From the IMG/VR virus record IMGVR_UViG_3300021180_000006, positions 1-64,000 of that record: a stretch of 64,000 nucleotides of DNA. One strand, written 5' to 3'. Of this stretch, positions 1-10,468 are shown in pieces. A program made the position numbers and the translations under genes. Position 1 is the stretch's first letter, and every line of letters begins with the position of its first letter. A model generated the notes under the pieces. It ran no database searches, was not told where the DNA came from, and saw only the letters and a list, made by a program, of their open reading frames with translations. Source of the DNA: a virus.

Positions 1-317
1 GGTGAGGGGGGGGGGGGGACGGCGGATCATGTTTAACTCCAAAGGAAAGAGGGGGAGAGGGGGCGAGGGGGAGACGGGGAGAAATTCAGTTCATCGCAGC
101 GGCGTCACGGCATCATCGATCAACTTGACGCGCTTCGAGTTCCCGTGTCCGTCGCCGATGAAGATGACTTGTTTGGACAGGGGGCGTCTCACCAGTGAGT
201 CGATCGTCGTCTGGAGCCAGCCATAGGAAAGCGCCAGGGCGGCGAACTGAGTCGGCGTCATTTCGGTTGCCCTGCCCTGAGCGGAGTCGATGGGGGTTTC
301 GGGGAAGGTGGCCACGA

Positions 318-575
318 CTACTCGTGCTTCTTGACCCGCTCGCCGCGCTGCGCTTTCTTCGCGGTATCGATCATCCCGTCACAGCGCGGGCAGGCGCTGG
401 TCTGGCCGGCGATTTCCTCCAGCGCCTCCAGCGCCGCCAGGATCAATTCGGCGTTGACGCGCCCCTGTTGACCGAACCCGGTGACGCAGAAGGTGCTCTC
501 GTCGCGGGGATCGGCCGCACTGGTGAAGCGCACGATGAACTGGCGATCGGGAAGTTGGTCGAGTTGGAAGGGCAT
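318..575 (-). CDS. hypothetical protein
   Basis: 85 aa ORF packed co-directionally with neighbours. Confidence 0.5.
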   Translation of the reverse strand: MPFQLDQLPDRQFIVRFTSAADPRDESTFCVTGFGQQGRVNAELILAALEALEEIAGQTSACPRCDGMIDTAKKAQRGERVKKHE

Positions 576-590
576 CGGTTCGCTGATTTG

Positions 591-1073
591 TTACGCCAGC
601 ATCTTCAACGAGTTGGGCGATTCCTTTTCCGGGATCGGACGCGGAGGCCCCAGCAGCAATCCCCCCGCCTCCAGTGCCGCGATGCAGATTTCACTGCAGA
701 ACCAGCGGCGGCCGGGATGATCGAAGTCGCGGACGGGAATGATAAAGCCAACGATTCCTAAATAATCGTAAGGCTTCCCTTGCTGGGCGGTGCAGAAATC
801 CCGGACGAGAATTTCCTGGGCGACCGAACCGCCGATATCGATCAGGCCCCAGCTCGCCGCGTCGTCGACGTCGATCGTTTTGAAGCGCGTCCCGCCGTCG
901 CGGGCGGAGCTGCTGAAAGACTCGAAGCCGCCGGCGTCACCGGCGCCGCCTGTTCGCGGGCCGCTGAAAACAAGCTCAACGTGTGCGTATCCGCCGCGCC
1001 CCGAAAAGAAGTTGACGGCGCGGTCAAGCGCGGTGGCTTTGGGCGCGGTGATCTTGTAGAAGGCGAGACGCAT
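591..1073 (-). CDS. permuted papain-like (NlpC/P60, YiiX/C92-like) amidase/peptidase
   Basis: His motif YAHVELVF precedes GKPYDYLG and WFCSE Cys motif (permuted order); ATG at 1073 chosen. Confidence 0.75.
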   Translation of the reverse strand: MRLAFYKITAPKATALDRAVNFFSGRGGYAHVELVFSGPRTGGAGDAGGFESFSSSARDGGTRFKTIDVDDAASWGLIDIGGSVAQEILVRDFCTAQQGKPYDYLGIVGFIIPVRDFDHPGRRWFCSEICIAALEAGGLLLGPPRPIPEKESPNSLKMLA

Positions 1074-1231
1074 GGGGGCGCGGGGAGGTTCTCGTGCGTC
1101 GGTTGAATCGACAGTGCCGCGTCCACCTGGTTGTCCGGCCGACGAAGCGGCCTTCCGCACAAGGGGCAGAACCACGCTCGCACGAAGGGGATCGGGCCAT
1201 GGATCGGGCAGAGGTTCACGGCATCACTGTT

Positions 1232-1447
1232 TCACGTCACGGGAATCTTCGGCCGCGGCGTCGGTGGTTCGCGCTCGATGGCGTTGTCGATCCATCCGCG
1301 CATCATCTCCAGCCGAAGCGCTTCGGTTTCCAGGGCCATCACCAGATCAGCGCCCAATAGCTCGTCGCGGATCGCATCGGCAGCTTGATGCACGCGCGCT
1401 TTGGCTTCGCGCAGATGACCGGCGGCGATGGCGTAATTGGCGGACAT
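1232..1447 (-). CDS. hypothetical protein
   Basis: 71 aa helical ORF with ATG start. Confidence 0.5.
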   Translation of the reverse strand: MSANYAIAAGHLREAKARVHQAADAIRDELLGADLVMALETEALRLEMMRGWIDNAIEREPPTPRPKIPVT

Positions 1448-1643
1448 GAGAGCGTTTCAAAGGCCCGGCAGCCGCGGCGGAACCGGCGAACTACCGGGCT
1501 CGGGGAAGGGCGGTGGGAAAACGTGAATGACGAATGACGAATGACGAAGTGGAAAAAAGCCCGGCGGCGCAACAACTCCCCTCACCGCCAGGCCCGCACC
1601 CAATCTTCCCTTCCCCATTCCAACCGTGGGCGCGGGCGGGATT

Positions 1644-1871
1644 CTAACCAACTCGCTCGTAAGACTTCAATCGGATCGACTCCGCGACCGGGTAAACGTT
1701 TCCGGAAGCGTCGATGGCAAGCCGCGATGGCTCGGCGCAGATGTATTCCCCTTCGAGCGTCTGAACCTTCGTGCCGGCGGCGAGAATTTCGTTGGACAGT
1801 TTCGTCGTCCCGAGCTTGCGGTATTCGGCGAAGGTGAATCGCCCAGCGTCCTCTTTCGTAATCGGCTTCAT
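1644..1871 (-). CDS. hypothetical protein
   Basis: 75 aa ORF (VQTLEGE...GNVYPV), ATGA-coupled to upstream ORF. Confidence 0.55.
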   Translation of the reverse strand: MKPITKEDAGRFTFAEYRKLGTTKLSNEILAAGTKVQTLEGEYICAEPSRLAIDASGNVYPVAESIRLKSYERVG

Positions 1872-2032
1872 TTCATCCGGCGCACCGGCGCGGTAAAGGT
1901 TTCGTCCGTGTAGACCGTCTTCCCCTTGACCTTCATCCGCCGGATGATCGTCTGTTTAACCGGGAGGTCGTTCTTGATGGCGTGATTCAGCCACTTCAAA
2001 CCGGCGATGATTTCCTTGCCGAACTTGCTCAT
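1868..2032 (-). CDS. small hypothetical protein (MSKFGKEIIAGLKWL...)
   Basis: 54 aa ORF translated by hand, below the ORF-track cut-off; its stop overlaps the next start. Confidence 0.45.
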   Translation of the reverse strand: MSKFGKEIIAGLKWLNHAIKNDLPVKQTIIRRMKVKGKTVYTDETFTAPVRRMK

Positions 2033-2264
2033 GGCGTGGCGGCATTCTCAGCGAAAACGGGGCCGGCGCCAGCGGAGCGGGCGAAATTCCTTAGCTGAAC
2101 GCGGGACAAAAATCCCGATCGTCGCCGGATCGTTGAGCCAGTCGTTCAATGGCAATCGCCGGCTGCCGACGCGGATGGTGACGATGCGATTCTCTGGCGG
2201 CAGGATCGGCCGCGGCTTGCAGGGAGCTTGTGTTCGTGTGGCCAGTTGCAGCACGGACTATCGA

Positions 2265-2759
2265 TTATTCTACGGCGCGGGCGATCGCTTTGACCGCATC
2301 GACCAGGGTGAACTCCACGCCCTTGATCCGATTGACCGTCAACGAGGGCTGCACGATCCCGGCGCTTCGGCTGATGGCGTCGATTTGCTTCTGGGAGAGG
2401 AACTTGCCCAAGGGCTTGAGCGCGACCTTCAGCGCCGACAGGAATTCCTCGCGGCTGATCTTCTTGCCTTCGTAGAGCTTCAAGAACTTGGCGGGATCGA
2501 CTTCCTCGCGAGCGCCTCCGCCGGCCAGGATGCAGTCGAAGAATTCGCCGGCGCCGCGGCGGGCGCCCTTGTGCGTGAGGTTGCCTTTCACGAGCGGTTT
2601 GATCGTCTGATCGAAGTGGGTCCACAGCTCGTTGACGAAGCCCAGATCGTCCGTCCGCACGTCGCGGATGGTGACTTCCTCAACCTCGAGCGCGGGTTCG
2701 GAAACGGTCGCTGCTGACGCCATGTCGTCACCTAACTTAATATTAACGCGGCTTGGCAA
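2265..2759 (-). CDS. hypothetical protein
   Basis: 164 aa ORF with protein-like composition. Confidence 0.6.
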   Translation of the reverse strand: MPSRVNIKLGDDMASAATVSEPALEVEEVTIRDVRTDDLGFVNELWTHFDQTIKPLVKGNLTHKGARRGAGEFFDCILAGGGAREEVDPAKFLKLYEGKKISREEFLSALKVALKPLGKFLSQKQIDAISRSAGIVQPSLTVNRIKGVEFTLVDAVKAIARAVE

Positions 2760-2966
2760 GGAATTTCAAATGCTGCCGAGGCTTTGAAAAAAACGGCTGG
2801 AAACTTTCAAAGCGTCAATCCCCCCGGACAACGGCGGCTTTTCGAGGGGATCGCGCGTTATAAAAATTTGCCGTGGATTTCACTTGCAAACCCAAGCGGC
2901 TTAGCCTAAGATACGCACGTCAGCGATAGGGCTGGCAGGACGCCCCGGAAGGGGCAGGAGATTCAG

Positions 2967-3245
2967 ATGTTACGTGGATATACAAGGCTGGATACTGGCT
3001 CTTTGGGTCGGGCAACTTTTGACGAAGCGGGATTTGGCGGCAAGTCCGGTTGGCTCACAAAGCTTTTCGGGTGGGGCCGGGCGGACGGACTAGCCGTCGA
3101 TTTCGGCCTCTGCGTGATTCCGGTTTCGGAGCTGCACCGGCACGGAATCCAAATCGAAATCAAAGGCCCGGATCAGCGATTTGCCATGACGGGCGTAACG
3201 ATCACGGGACACGATTCCAACGTTGATCCATCCAAATTATTTTGA
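2967..3245 (+). CDS. hypothetical protein (small + strand cassette)
   Basis: GGAG RBS before ATG; AT-rich promoter-like region upstream. Confidence 0.55.
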   Translation: MLRGYTRLDTGSLGRATFDEAGFGGKSGWLTKLFGWGRADGLAVDFGLCVIPVSELHRHGIQIEIKGPDQRFAMTGVTITGHDSNVDPSKLF

Positions 3246-3318
3246 TGATTCTCCTGCCGCGCCGCCGCGAGTCGCCACGTACAGCGGCCCGGCGGCGCGG
3301 CTCCTTTTGGGAGCGACG

Positions 3319-3498
3319 ATGCCGAAGCCATCGGAAGCCGTCCGTGATTACCTCGCCAAGCTCGGAAGAAAAGGCGGCTCCGTCACCTCCGACGCCAAAG
3401 CCGCGGCGGCCCGCGCCAACGGCAAGAAGGGCGGCAGAAAACCCCGCGTCAATCGCGCCGACGTCAATCCCCCCGCACAACCTGCACAAACCCGGTGA
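3319..3498 (+). CDS. small basic KGG-motif protein
   Basis: LGRKGGSVTSDAKAAAARANGKKGGRKPR; GGAG RBS. Confidence 0.65.
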   Translation: MPKPSEAVRDYLAKLGRKGGSVTSDAKAAAARANGKKGGRKPRVNRADVNPPAQPAQTR

Positions 3499-3825
3499 GC
3501 CTCTGCGTCTCTTTCGACGGTGGATCGATCAAACGAATGACCCAGCCGCGGATGACCGATGCCGCGATCGCCAGGTTGACCGGCTCGCCGTTGAGCAGCA
3601 CGTGGAACCGGTCGCTGTTCCGGGAGACCCCGGCCTGCCAGTCGGCATCGGGGACGCGACGGGGTTGGTCCTCGTCCTTGTATTTGGCGAAGTTGCGGCG
3701 GCGGCGGTTGCCTTCCAGACGCTGAAGGTCGGTCTGCTCGCCCTGAGCGAAGCGGTCCTGAACGCGGACGCCGTTGGGAGAAAAACGCACCCGCCCGCAG
3801 CGGACGATGCTCGATGCGCTTTCGC

Positions 3826-3999
3826 TCACCGGGGTCTCAACATCTGCCGGGCGGCATTGAGAAGCGCGGCCTCATTCCGCAGTCCGCGGTTGATGAGCCG
3901 ATTGGCGTTTTCGCGGGTGATCCCCAGGCGCTCGGCAACCTCCCTGTCGTCGCACTGGGCGCGGCGAAGCAGGACGGCCAACTTTTGCTTGGGGGTCAT
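3826..3999 (-). CDS. sigma70 region 4-like HTH protein
   Basis: MTPKQKLAVLLR...DREVAERLGITRENANRLINRG. Confidence 0.55.
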   Translation of the reverse strand: MTPKQKLAVLLRRAQCDDREVAERLGITRENANRLINRGLRNEAALLNAARQMLRPR

Positions 4000-4157
4000 T
4001 CGCGGCAGGGAAGGAACGGAAGTGCCTCTATCTATACGCGCGCCTGTGACTATCGAATCGTCACACCCGGTCGCGAAATCCGGAACGGCATCGCGCGTAA
4101 ATAGTCGGCAGGACCGCAAGTAAGAAACGACGCGGGAAAAAATCTGAGCTGTGACCA

Positions 4158-4958
4158 TCAGGCCCCCGTTTGAACAGATTCGACACCTTCGGCAGGCTCA
4201 GGGCAGGCACGCTCACCGCAGGCAGATTCGCCCCCGGACTGGCCGCCCCAGACGCCCCACATATACCCGAGCCACGGATCGCGCATGACCCCGTCGGCAT
4301 CGATCGGGCCGCCGCAGACACGGGCATCGTTGGCAAGGTATTTCCGATGGCGCGGCGAATTGGATTTCCGGTCGGCCTCAGCCAGCATCCTCAAGCCGTA
4401 ATCGCGGTCCCCGAACCAGCAGACGCCTGGCCGCGGCTTGTGGAAATCGCTCTTGGCGCCGCGCGGCACCTGGAGAAACCCTTCCTCGAAAAGGCTCTTG
4501 AGCTGGGAGCGGTCGATCACCTCATTGAGCGGGTGGGATTCTTCCGTGCCTGACAGGAAATAGTGGTAGCAGTTGACGCAGATCTCTGAGGAGTCTTGGC
4601 GGTACAGCGGGTAGGCCGGCGCCAGGACTCGACAGACCGAGCAGTGGATCATCTTCGTGCTGCCGCCGCCCGGCGGGTAGAGCTTTTGCGAGTGCAGGGA
4701 GCGCTTCGTCGCCTGTCGACCGCCCGGCATCGTCAGCCGGTCATCCCCCTCATCGTCCGTGAAGCAATCGAACAAACCTTCGCGCCAGCTCCACGAGCAG
4801 ACCAGGGCCATGATCCATGTCTTGACCATGGCGCGGTGCCGGCGCTTCTCATCCTCGGTGGCGGTGAGAACGTCTGCCGCGTTTTTGGATTTGGCGCGAC
4901 TTGAAATAGGGGGTCCGTTGAACCCGCAACTATCTATAGTCACACGTCTTGGGCGCAA
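4158..4958 (-). CDS. hypothetical protein with CxxC motifs
   Basis: 266 aa ORF, CSVC...CVNC; start uncertain. Confidence 0.5.
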   Translation of the reverse strand: MRPRRVTIDSCGFNGPPISSRAKSKNAADVLTATEDEKRRHRAMVKTWIMALVCSWSWREGLFDCFTDDEGDDRLTMPGGRQATKRSLHSQKLYPPGGGSTKMIHCSVCRVLAPAYPLYRQDSSEICVNCYHYFLSGTEESHPLNEVIDRSQLKSLFEEGFLQVPRGAKSDFHKPRPGVCWFGDRDYGLRMLAEADRKSNSPRHRKYLANDARVCGGPIDADGVMRDPWLGYMWGVWGGQSGGESACGERACPEPAEGVESVQTGA

Positions 4959-5003
4959 TTACGGTGGAAAGTTTCCGCCCTTTTGGCATAAAGTATCCGT
5001 AAG

Positions 5004-5348
5004 GTGTGCGCCCTTTCTGCCTCATCCAAACCCTTAGACCCGGATGACCCGGACGCCGAAGAAACGCCGATCGCCCAACGAGTTTGGTTCTCGTTGTACC
5101 CGCAGCAAATCAAGTTCATCCGAGACCAGGCCCGCGAACATGGCATCAAAAAATCCGAGGCGCTCAGACACCTGTTGCGCGTCGCCAAGGCCAGCGTGAG
5201 GAAGGCAGACGTTCATGCAAACGCCGAGATCATCAGCAACGCGCTGATCCAAATGGGCCATCTGGTTCGGAGCGGAAGCGAACTCGGCGATTTGGTGGCG
5301 CGGATGAAGACGGCCAGCAATGGGATCGGGGACGCGACGGGGAAGTAA
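5004..5348 (+). CDS. putative ribbon-helix-helix DNA-binding protein
   Basis: RVWFSLYPQQIKFIRDQAREHGIKKSEALRHLL pattern. Confidence 0.55.
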   Translation: MCALSASSKPLDPDDPDAEETPIAQRVWFSLYPQQIKFIRDQAREHGIKKSEALRHLLRVAKASVRKADVHANAEIISNALIQMGHLVRSGSELGDLVARMKTASNGIGDATGK

Positions 5349-6853
5349 ACGATCGACTCAGATGGCGCACCGCCGGATCGGTGTAGTGCAGGGGCTGGCC
5401 GCAATGACAGAGCTGCTCTTTCACTCTTTCACGGCGTCTCTCCCGGCCGGCTGGTGCGCTCGTCGCGGCCGAGCTGCTCGATCTCCTGATCGCTCATGGC
5501 CGACATTTCCCGGTCGCATTGCGCTTGGTCGAGCCGCGCCTCGGCCTGCGGATCGAGCGTCTGCGGCTGGACCTGTCCGCGCGGGTCAGCCGGATGGCGC
5601 AGTGGGCGCAGAGGAGGATCGCCTCGCCGGCCGCGACTTTCGCCTTGGCCTTCGGACCGAGCCAGCAGCGGCGCCGGCAGCGCGGGCAGTTCACCCGCTC
5701 ATAGTCGCAACCCGGCGTGTAACCGGGCGCGCCGTCGGGGACGCAGGCGACGATGTTCTGGACGTTATCTAAGCTCGGCATCTTCGGACTCCGCAACGGA
5801 ATGCGGTTCGGGGCGCGTGGCCTCTTGAAATCTGCGAAATACCGCCGCCACGGCTTCAACGTCTTTCGAGCCGATCGTGATGACAATGTGCCGCTTGTCC
5901 GGCGGCGTCTCGGCGACGAGCTGGACGAACCCCTTGGCGGGATAGCCGTTGATCCAGCATCGGCAGCCGCTGCCGACGTCGCGGAACTCGACCGGTGGGG
6001 GATGATGGCTCATGGTATCGTTGCTTTCGCTCATTTAGTTGTATCTACTCCGAACTTAACATAACGCACATTATGGGCCGTGGTGGGGCGGTCGCGTTTT
6101 CAACTTTCATCGCTCTCTCCGAGCCGGCTTTTCAGTTCCGCCAGCTCACGCTCCATTTCGTTCAGATGGAAACACATGGCAGTGTCCGCAATATTTGTTC
6201 TGCACGTCATTGAGGTTCCAACTTGTCCGCCCGCAGCTCAGGCACTGAATGCCTTTCTCGCCCATCGTCGTCGACGAGGAGCTGGGCGAGATCGAGTGCA
6301 AGCAACTGCGCCTTGCTGGCGAGCGCTTCGTGATTGTCCGCGGGGCGATCGAGGCCACACCTTCGTGTTGCATCGTGATAAGCAGCGAGAGCATGTTGGA
6401 TCTGGAAGGCGGGATTGTTGTCGTGGCCGAGGAGCCAGCAGAGCGGCCCGCACTGGAGTTCGAGCGCCTTGCGTTCGGAGTCGGGCATTTGCAGCGGCGT
6501 CCGGCCGGTGATGACGGCGTGAAGACGGTCGTGGATGGCGGCGATGGTGTCATGGGGGATTTCAGGCATTAACTTCTGCTCCTCTCGGGGCGGGCGTTTG
6601 CTCGCAATTGCATGGGGGTGCCTTGGTTTTCCAGTCGCCGTTACCGACGCGAAACTCCGCGACGTTCAGCGGACCGCGCCAGAACATCTTTCGCAGCGCC
6701 CCGCAGCGGCGGCAACGAAAGGTGCCCTCGACCAGATTGATCGAGCCGGGGTCCTGGCCGATCGCGCCCTGCAAAAACCCCTGGGGAACATCGTCGTACC
6801 CACGCCGCTGATGGCGACATTCAGCTTGGCGCAGAATTTTGCCGCGCGATCGG

Positions 6854-7054
6854 TCATTTCGGCGTCTCCTCATCGGGCGCGATTCCCGGCGGCCACATCG
6901 GATCGCGCGTCTGTTCGGACGACCATTCGATCAGGTCAAGAACGCTCGTGTCGGAAAGACCCTTGTCCCGTTGATGGATGAGGTAGTCCGCCGCCAATTC
7001 ATCCAGCGCCTTGTGAAGGAACTTGTGACGGTCCTTGTGCTCTTGCAACGTCAT
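6854..7054 (-). CDS. hypothetical protein
   Basis: MTLQEHKDRHKFLHKALDELAADY; coupled to upstream ORF. Confidence 0.55.
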   Translation of the reverse strand: MTLQEHKDRHKFLHKALDELAADYLIHQRDKGLSDTSVLDLIEWSSEQTRDPMWPPGIAPDEETPK

Positions 7055-7392
7055 GGGACCTTTCCGATTGGTGGCTTGGCGATGGCGACCGGCTCCTGTC
7101 CCCTCTCGATCCGCCTCCGGTTGCGATGCTCGCGGAAGTCGATGAGGATCGGCCAGCACTGCTCCATGGAAAGCCCGACCTTCTCGCGCAACAGCCACAC
7201 GACAAATTCATCGGAGTCGCTGGCCTCTGCGGCTTCCAGAATCTGGAAGGCAACCTGGCGGGCGGTTTCCGGATCGAGCTGGCAGGTCTTCTCGCCCCAC
7301 TGGAATTGGACGACGCCCTCTCCGCTCCGCGACGAGACCAGGCTGCCGACGTAGAGGGTTTCGCTGTCGGGCTGCTCCGATTGTTCGCTCAT
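7051..7392 (-). CDS. hypothetical protein
   Basis: 113 aa ORF from ATG 7392. Confidence 0.55.
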   Translation of the reverse strand: MSEQSEQPDSETLYVGSLVSSRSGEGVVQFQWGEKTCQLDPETARQVAFQILEAAEASDSDEFVVWLLREKVGLSMEQCWPILIDFREHRNRRRIERGQEPVAIAKPPIGKVP

Positions 7393-7551
7393 CTTTTGTC
7401 GCCCTTCCTCTTGCGCCGTTTCACTTGCACCCATACGCCATTGCGCAGTTCGCAATCCAGCGATCGCGGCGGCGTCCGCAGCGTCTTGCCCTTCACGGTG
7501 AAGGTCACGGCTCCGATCGACATTTTGATCCGCGCGCGGGTTTTCATGTTT

Positions 7552-8091
7552 TTACGGGTATTGCGAAAAAAGACCGCTGTCGCCGATCGGGACGGATTCG
7601 ACCGGATGATCGGCCATCGCCTCTTTGATGAGCGTGTCGGGAACGTCGAACAATCCTTGACGCCCCCGGAACGGGATGGGCTGCTGAAGCGCTTCAATCT
7701 CCGTCAGCTTCCAGGCGAAACGTCCCGGCGCGTAGTCTCCAAAAAGCCGCTGCGGCGCAGAGACGTGAATGAAGTCGCGCCCATCGACCAGGATCGCGTT
7801 ACCCTGTCCCTCCGTCCAACCGTTCTTGGCGTGGGTCGGCAAACATCGCTCCAGACGGCAGACGCAGACAATCGCGCCGTGCGGAATCAAACGCAGGTGC
7901 AATGGCAACCCGGCTTTTTTGAAGGCGTCAGCGCAGGCGATCTCTCCAGCAGCACTCAACATTCCATTCGTCTTTGAAGCGTGAATCGCCAGACGGCCGC
8001 GGAATGAAGTGGACCAACTCCGAGTCTCATAGCACTTCGCGCCGATCGCGATGAGGCTCGCCCAAGGTTGCCAGAGACTGATTGCCTTCAT
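7552..8091 (-). CDS. ASCH/PUA-like domain protein
   Basis: MKAISLWQPWASLIAIGAKCYETRSW...RGRLAIHAS...PIPFRGRQGLF. Confidence 0.85.
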   Translation of the reverse strand: MKAISLWQPWASLIAIGAKCYETRSWSTSFRGRLAIHASKTNGMLSAAGEIACADAFKKAGLPLHLRLIPHGAIVCVCRLERCLPTHAKNGWTEGQGNAILVDGRDFIHVSAPQRLFGDYAPGRFAWKLTEIEALQQPIPFRGRQGLFDVPDTLIKEAMADHPVESVPIGDSGLFSQYP

Positions 8092-8221
8092 CGTCGTCTC
8101 CCGAAAACCAAGACTCCCCGACTTCCAGCTTGCCAGACTCCCCCGGTTCCCCGATGACCGGATCGGTCTTGAGAGCACGAATAACTACTGTCCCAAGCCC
8201 ATTGTCTCCGATACAGCGGCT

Positions 8222-8956
8222 ATGCAACTCCTCACCGTCCTCAATCAATCCGGCGGCTGCGGCAAGACGACGGCGGCGGTGCATTTGGCCTGCTGGCTGG
8301 CCGAGCGGAATGCCAATGTCGCCTTCATCGACGCCGATCCGCAAGCGCGGAGCACCCACTGGCTCAAACGCGCCGCCCCGGGAATCCTCTGCCTGCCGGC
8401 GATCGAAGCGGGCGAGGTGCACGACGCCGTCGAACGTCTCAAAGCGGGGGATGACCTCACCGTGATCGCCGATGCCAAGCCGGGACTGGACGGGGCGGCG
8501 CTCGAGCTTTTGAAACTGTCCGATCGCGTCTACATGCCCATCGTCCCCAGCGAGATCAATCTCGATTCGACCGCTCAGGCCCTGGCGACGATGAAGGCGC
8601 TGGAGGTGCGCAAGCCGGTGGTGCTGTATCTGTCGATCGTCGATCCCGGCGGGGAAGCCACGCGGGCGCGATTGAGACTGGCGGAATTGGCTCGCGAGTC
8701 GGGGGGGCCCGGCGTCACGGCTGCGGCGGCGTCGATCGGCAGACGGATGGTCTTTCGCGCCGCCTACTCGCACGGAACCGTCGCCTGGCGGATGAAGGCC
8801 GTGTCGTCGTCGTGGTCGAATCCGGCCAAGCTCGCCTGTGCCGAACTGGACGCCCTGTTTACGGAGATCCTGCCCCATGGAATCCTCGCAATCGATCGCC
8901 CCGCCGCCTCTGCCTCTGACCTCCAGGACGCTGACCGCTACCACGTCGCTGCCTGA
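8222..8956 (+). CDS. parA: ParA-family partition ATPase
   Basis: NQSGGCGKTT deviant Walker A, FIDADPQ, IADAKP. Confidence 0.85.
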   Translation: MQLLTVLNQSGGCGKTTAAVHLACWLAERNANVAFIDADPQARSTHWLKRAAPGILCLPAIEAGEVHDAVERLKAGDDLTVIADAKPGLDGAALELLKLSDRVYMPIVPSEINLDSTAQALATMKALEVRKPVVLYLSIVDPGGEATRARLRLAELARESGGPGVTAAAASIGRRMVFRAAYSHGTVAWRMKAVSSSWSNPAKLACAELDALFTEILPHGILAIDRPAASASDLQDADRYHVAA

Positions 8957-9326
8957 GAACGTGAGACGGGCGCTGACCCTGCCGCCGACGCCGCAGCTTT
9001 CACAGGCTGCGCAGACGGACACAGATGGGCACAGACAAGCCCGGACTACAGGCGTGTCGTCAACGCGAGCGGATGAACCACAGGCGGGTATTCCGCCGAA
9101 GCGCCGCAAAGACAAGGGCGTGCTGCTCACGCGGGATGAATCGGAAAGACTGCGCACGTTGTCAGTGGACATTCCTGAATCCTTGTACGACTCGCTCACC
9201 GTGGCGGTGGCGGCGGCGCGGTTGCAGAAGCGCAAAGAGCACAACTCCCTGCGCTCGATCGCGGCGGAGGCATTGGGCAAGTGGCTGGAGGAGAACGATC
9301 AGCATGTGTTCAACCGGGGGGATTGA
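8877..9326 (+). CDS. putative ParG-like RHH centromere-binding protein
   Basis: Overlaps parA; disordered N-terminus, then RTLSVDIPESLYDSL...SLRSIAAEALGKWL; start uncertain. Confidence 0.6.
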   Translation: MESSQSIAPPPLPLTSRTLTATTSLPENVRRALTLPPTPQLSQAAQTDTDGHRQARTTGVSSTRADEPQAGIPPKRRKDKGVLLTRDESERLRTLSVDIPESLYDSLTVAVAAARLQKRKEHNSLRSIAAEALGKWLEENDQHVFNRGD

Positions 9327-9332
9327 AAAGGC

Positions 9333-9602
9333 AATGACTTACTTGACTCACCATTGAAATCCACGCCATTCGGAATTTGATGAACAACGTCCTCTCGACG
9401 TGGCCTGGCGTTCGCGTATCGACGGCTTGAGCAGCAAGTCGCGGGGATCGCCGACCCGCCTTTAACCTGTCCGCCAACGTTCCGACTCTCGTAGGAGCTA
9501 CCCGCCGAGTCGCCATTGGTCGAAGGAATGCTGATGCACACTTCATTGCCAAGGTCGAGCGGGGCTAAAGCGTTGCTTCGTTGGTGAGTCAAGTAAGTCA
9601 TT
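9333..9602. repeat. perfect 21-bp inverted repeat (AATGACTTACTTGACTCACCA at 9333-9353; reverse complement at 9582-9602)
   Basis: Direct sequence comparison. Confidence 0.9.
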
Positions 9603-9615
9603 ACGATTGAAAACA

Positions 9616-9876
9616 CTAAACCCCGATCTCCGCATCCCGCTTATCCTGTACCCTCCTACACGCCCGCGCCACTTCCAGCGTCTGCCGCGCAATCGGCCAG
9701 TCCTTATTGCCGGGGTGGCGAAGTCTCCTGACCACGCGCACCGCCTCCTCCCATGACGCCTGACAGGCGCTGCACAGATCGGCCGCCACCCAGGAGCACC
9801 CTCCCTCACAGGCGTCGTTCTGCGTACAGCCACAGACACAGCAGCTTGGCTCGTCGGGTTCGGTGCGGCGGGTCAT
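9616..9876 (-). CDS. Cys-rich phage hypothetical protein
   Basis: CCVCGCTQNDACEGGCSWVAADLCSAC. Confidence 0.6.
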   Translation of the reverse strand: MTRRTEPDEPSCCVCGCTQNDACEGGCSWVAADLCSACQASWEEAVRVVRRLRHPGNKDWPIARQTLEVARACRRVQDKRDAEIGV

Positions 9877-10468
9877 GGGGCTCCAATCCTTCGCGCATAA
9901 AAGCGCTCTCCTAGTGACGACATTCAATATGTATGGGAATCGAACTTAACCGGACCGCGAAACCGTCCGGCGGCTGAGGTGAGCTGCTGAAACCGATCGG
10001 CATCCTAGCGAGCGGCGGCGGGAGAGCAAACAAAAAATTCGCGAGAGATTTCTGTCCCCGTTTCGCGCCGGCGTCCAAGTTCATCATAGCCAGCGCCCGA
10101 TCCCCGCCTGCCAAGTGACGCGCCGGTCATTCAATGTGTGCAAAATGGACGGTCCTTCACAATTCGTTTGCAATCGCGAAAGCGCGGCGTGTAGCATCGC
10201 GAAGATTGCATTTCAGGGATGTTGCTTATGTCGAGTTTCGCAGGGACGCGGGATGATGTTTTGAAATTGGGGGCTGGCGTTCAGTTGCAGGTGCGGTTCG
10301 TTCCACGGCGGGAGATTCCCAGGGGATGCAGCGGACTTGCGGATTTCAAACGGGGCGTGCTTCTTCTGCCGGACGGGGGCGATGAAACGGACCGGAGAAC
10401 GCGATTACTCAAGGCCATCAACCGGCTGATCGCACTGGAAGCAAACCGCGCCAACGAGCGCGGCGCTC

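Noticed and set aside
591-1073. Lysis cassette
   Set aside because: A peptidase fold is present but no adjacent holin or spanin was recognised; substrate unknown
1868-2032. Toxin-antitoxin antitoxin (HigA-like N-terminus)
   Set aside because: No HTH domain follows and no adjacent toxin gene was recognised
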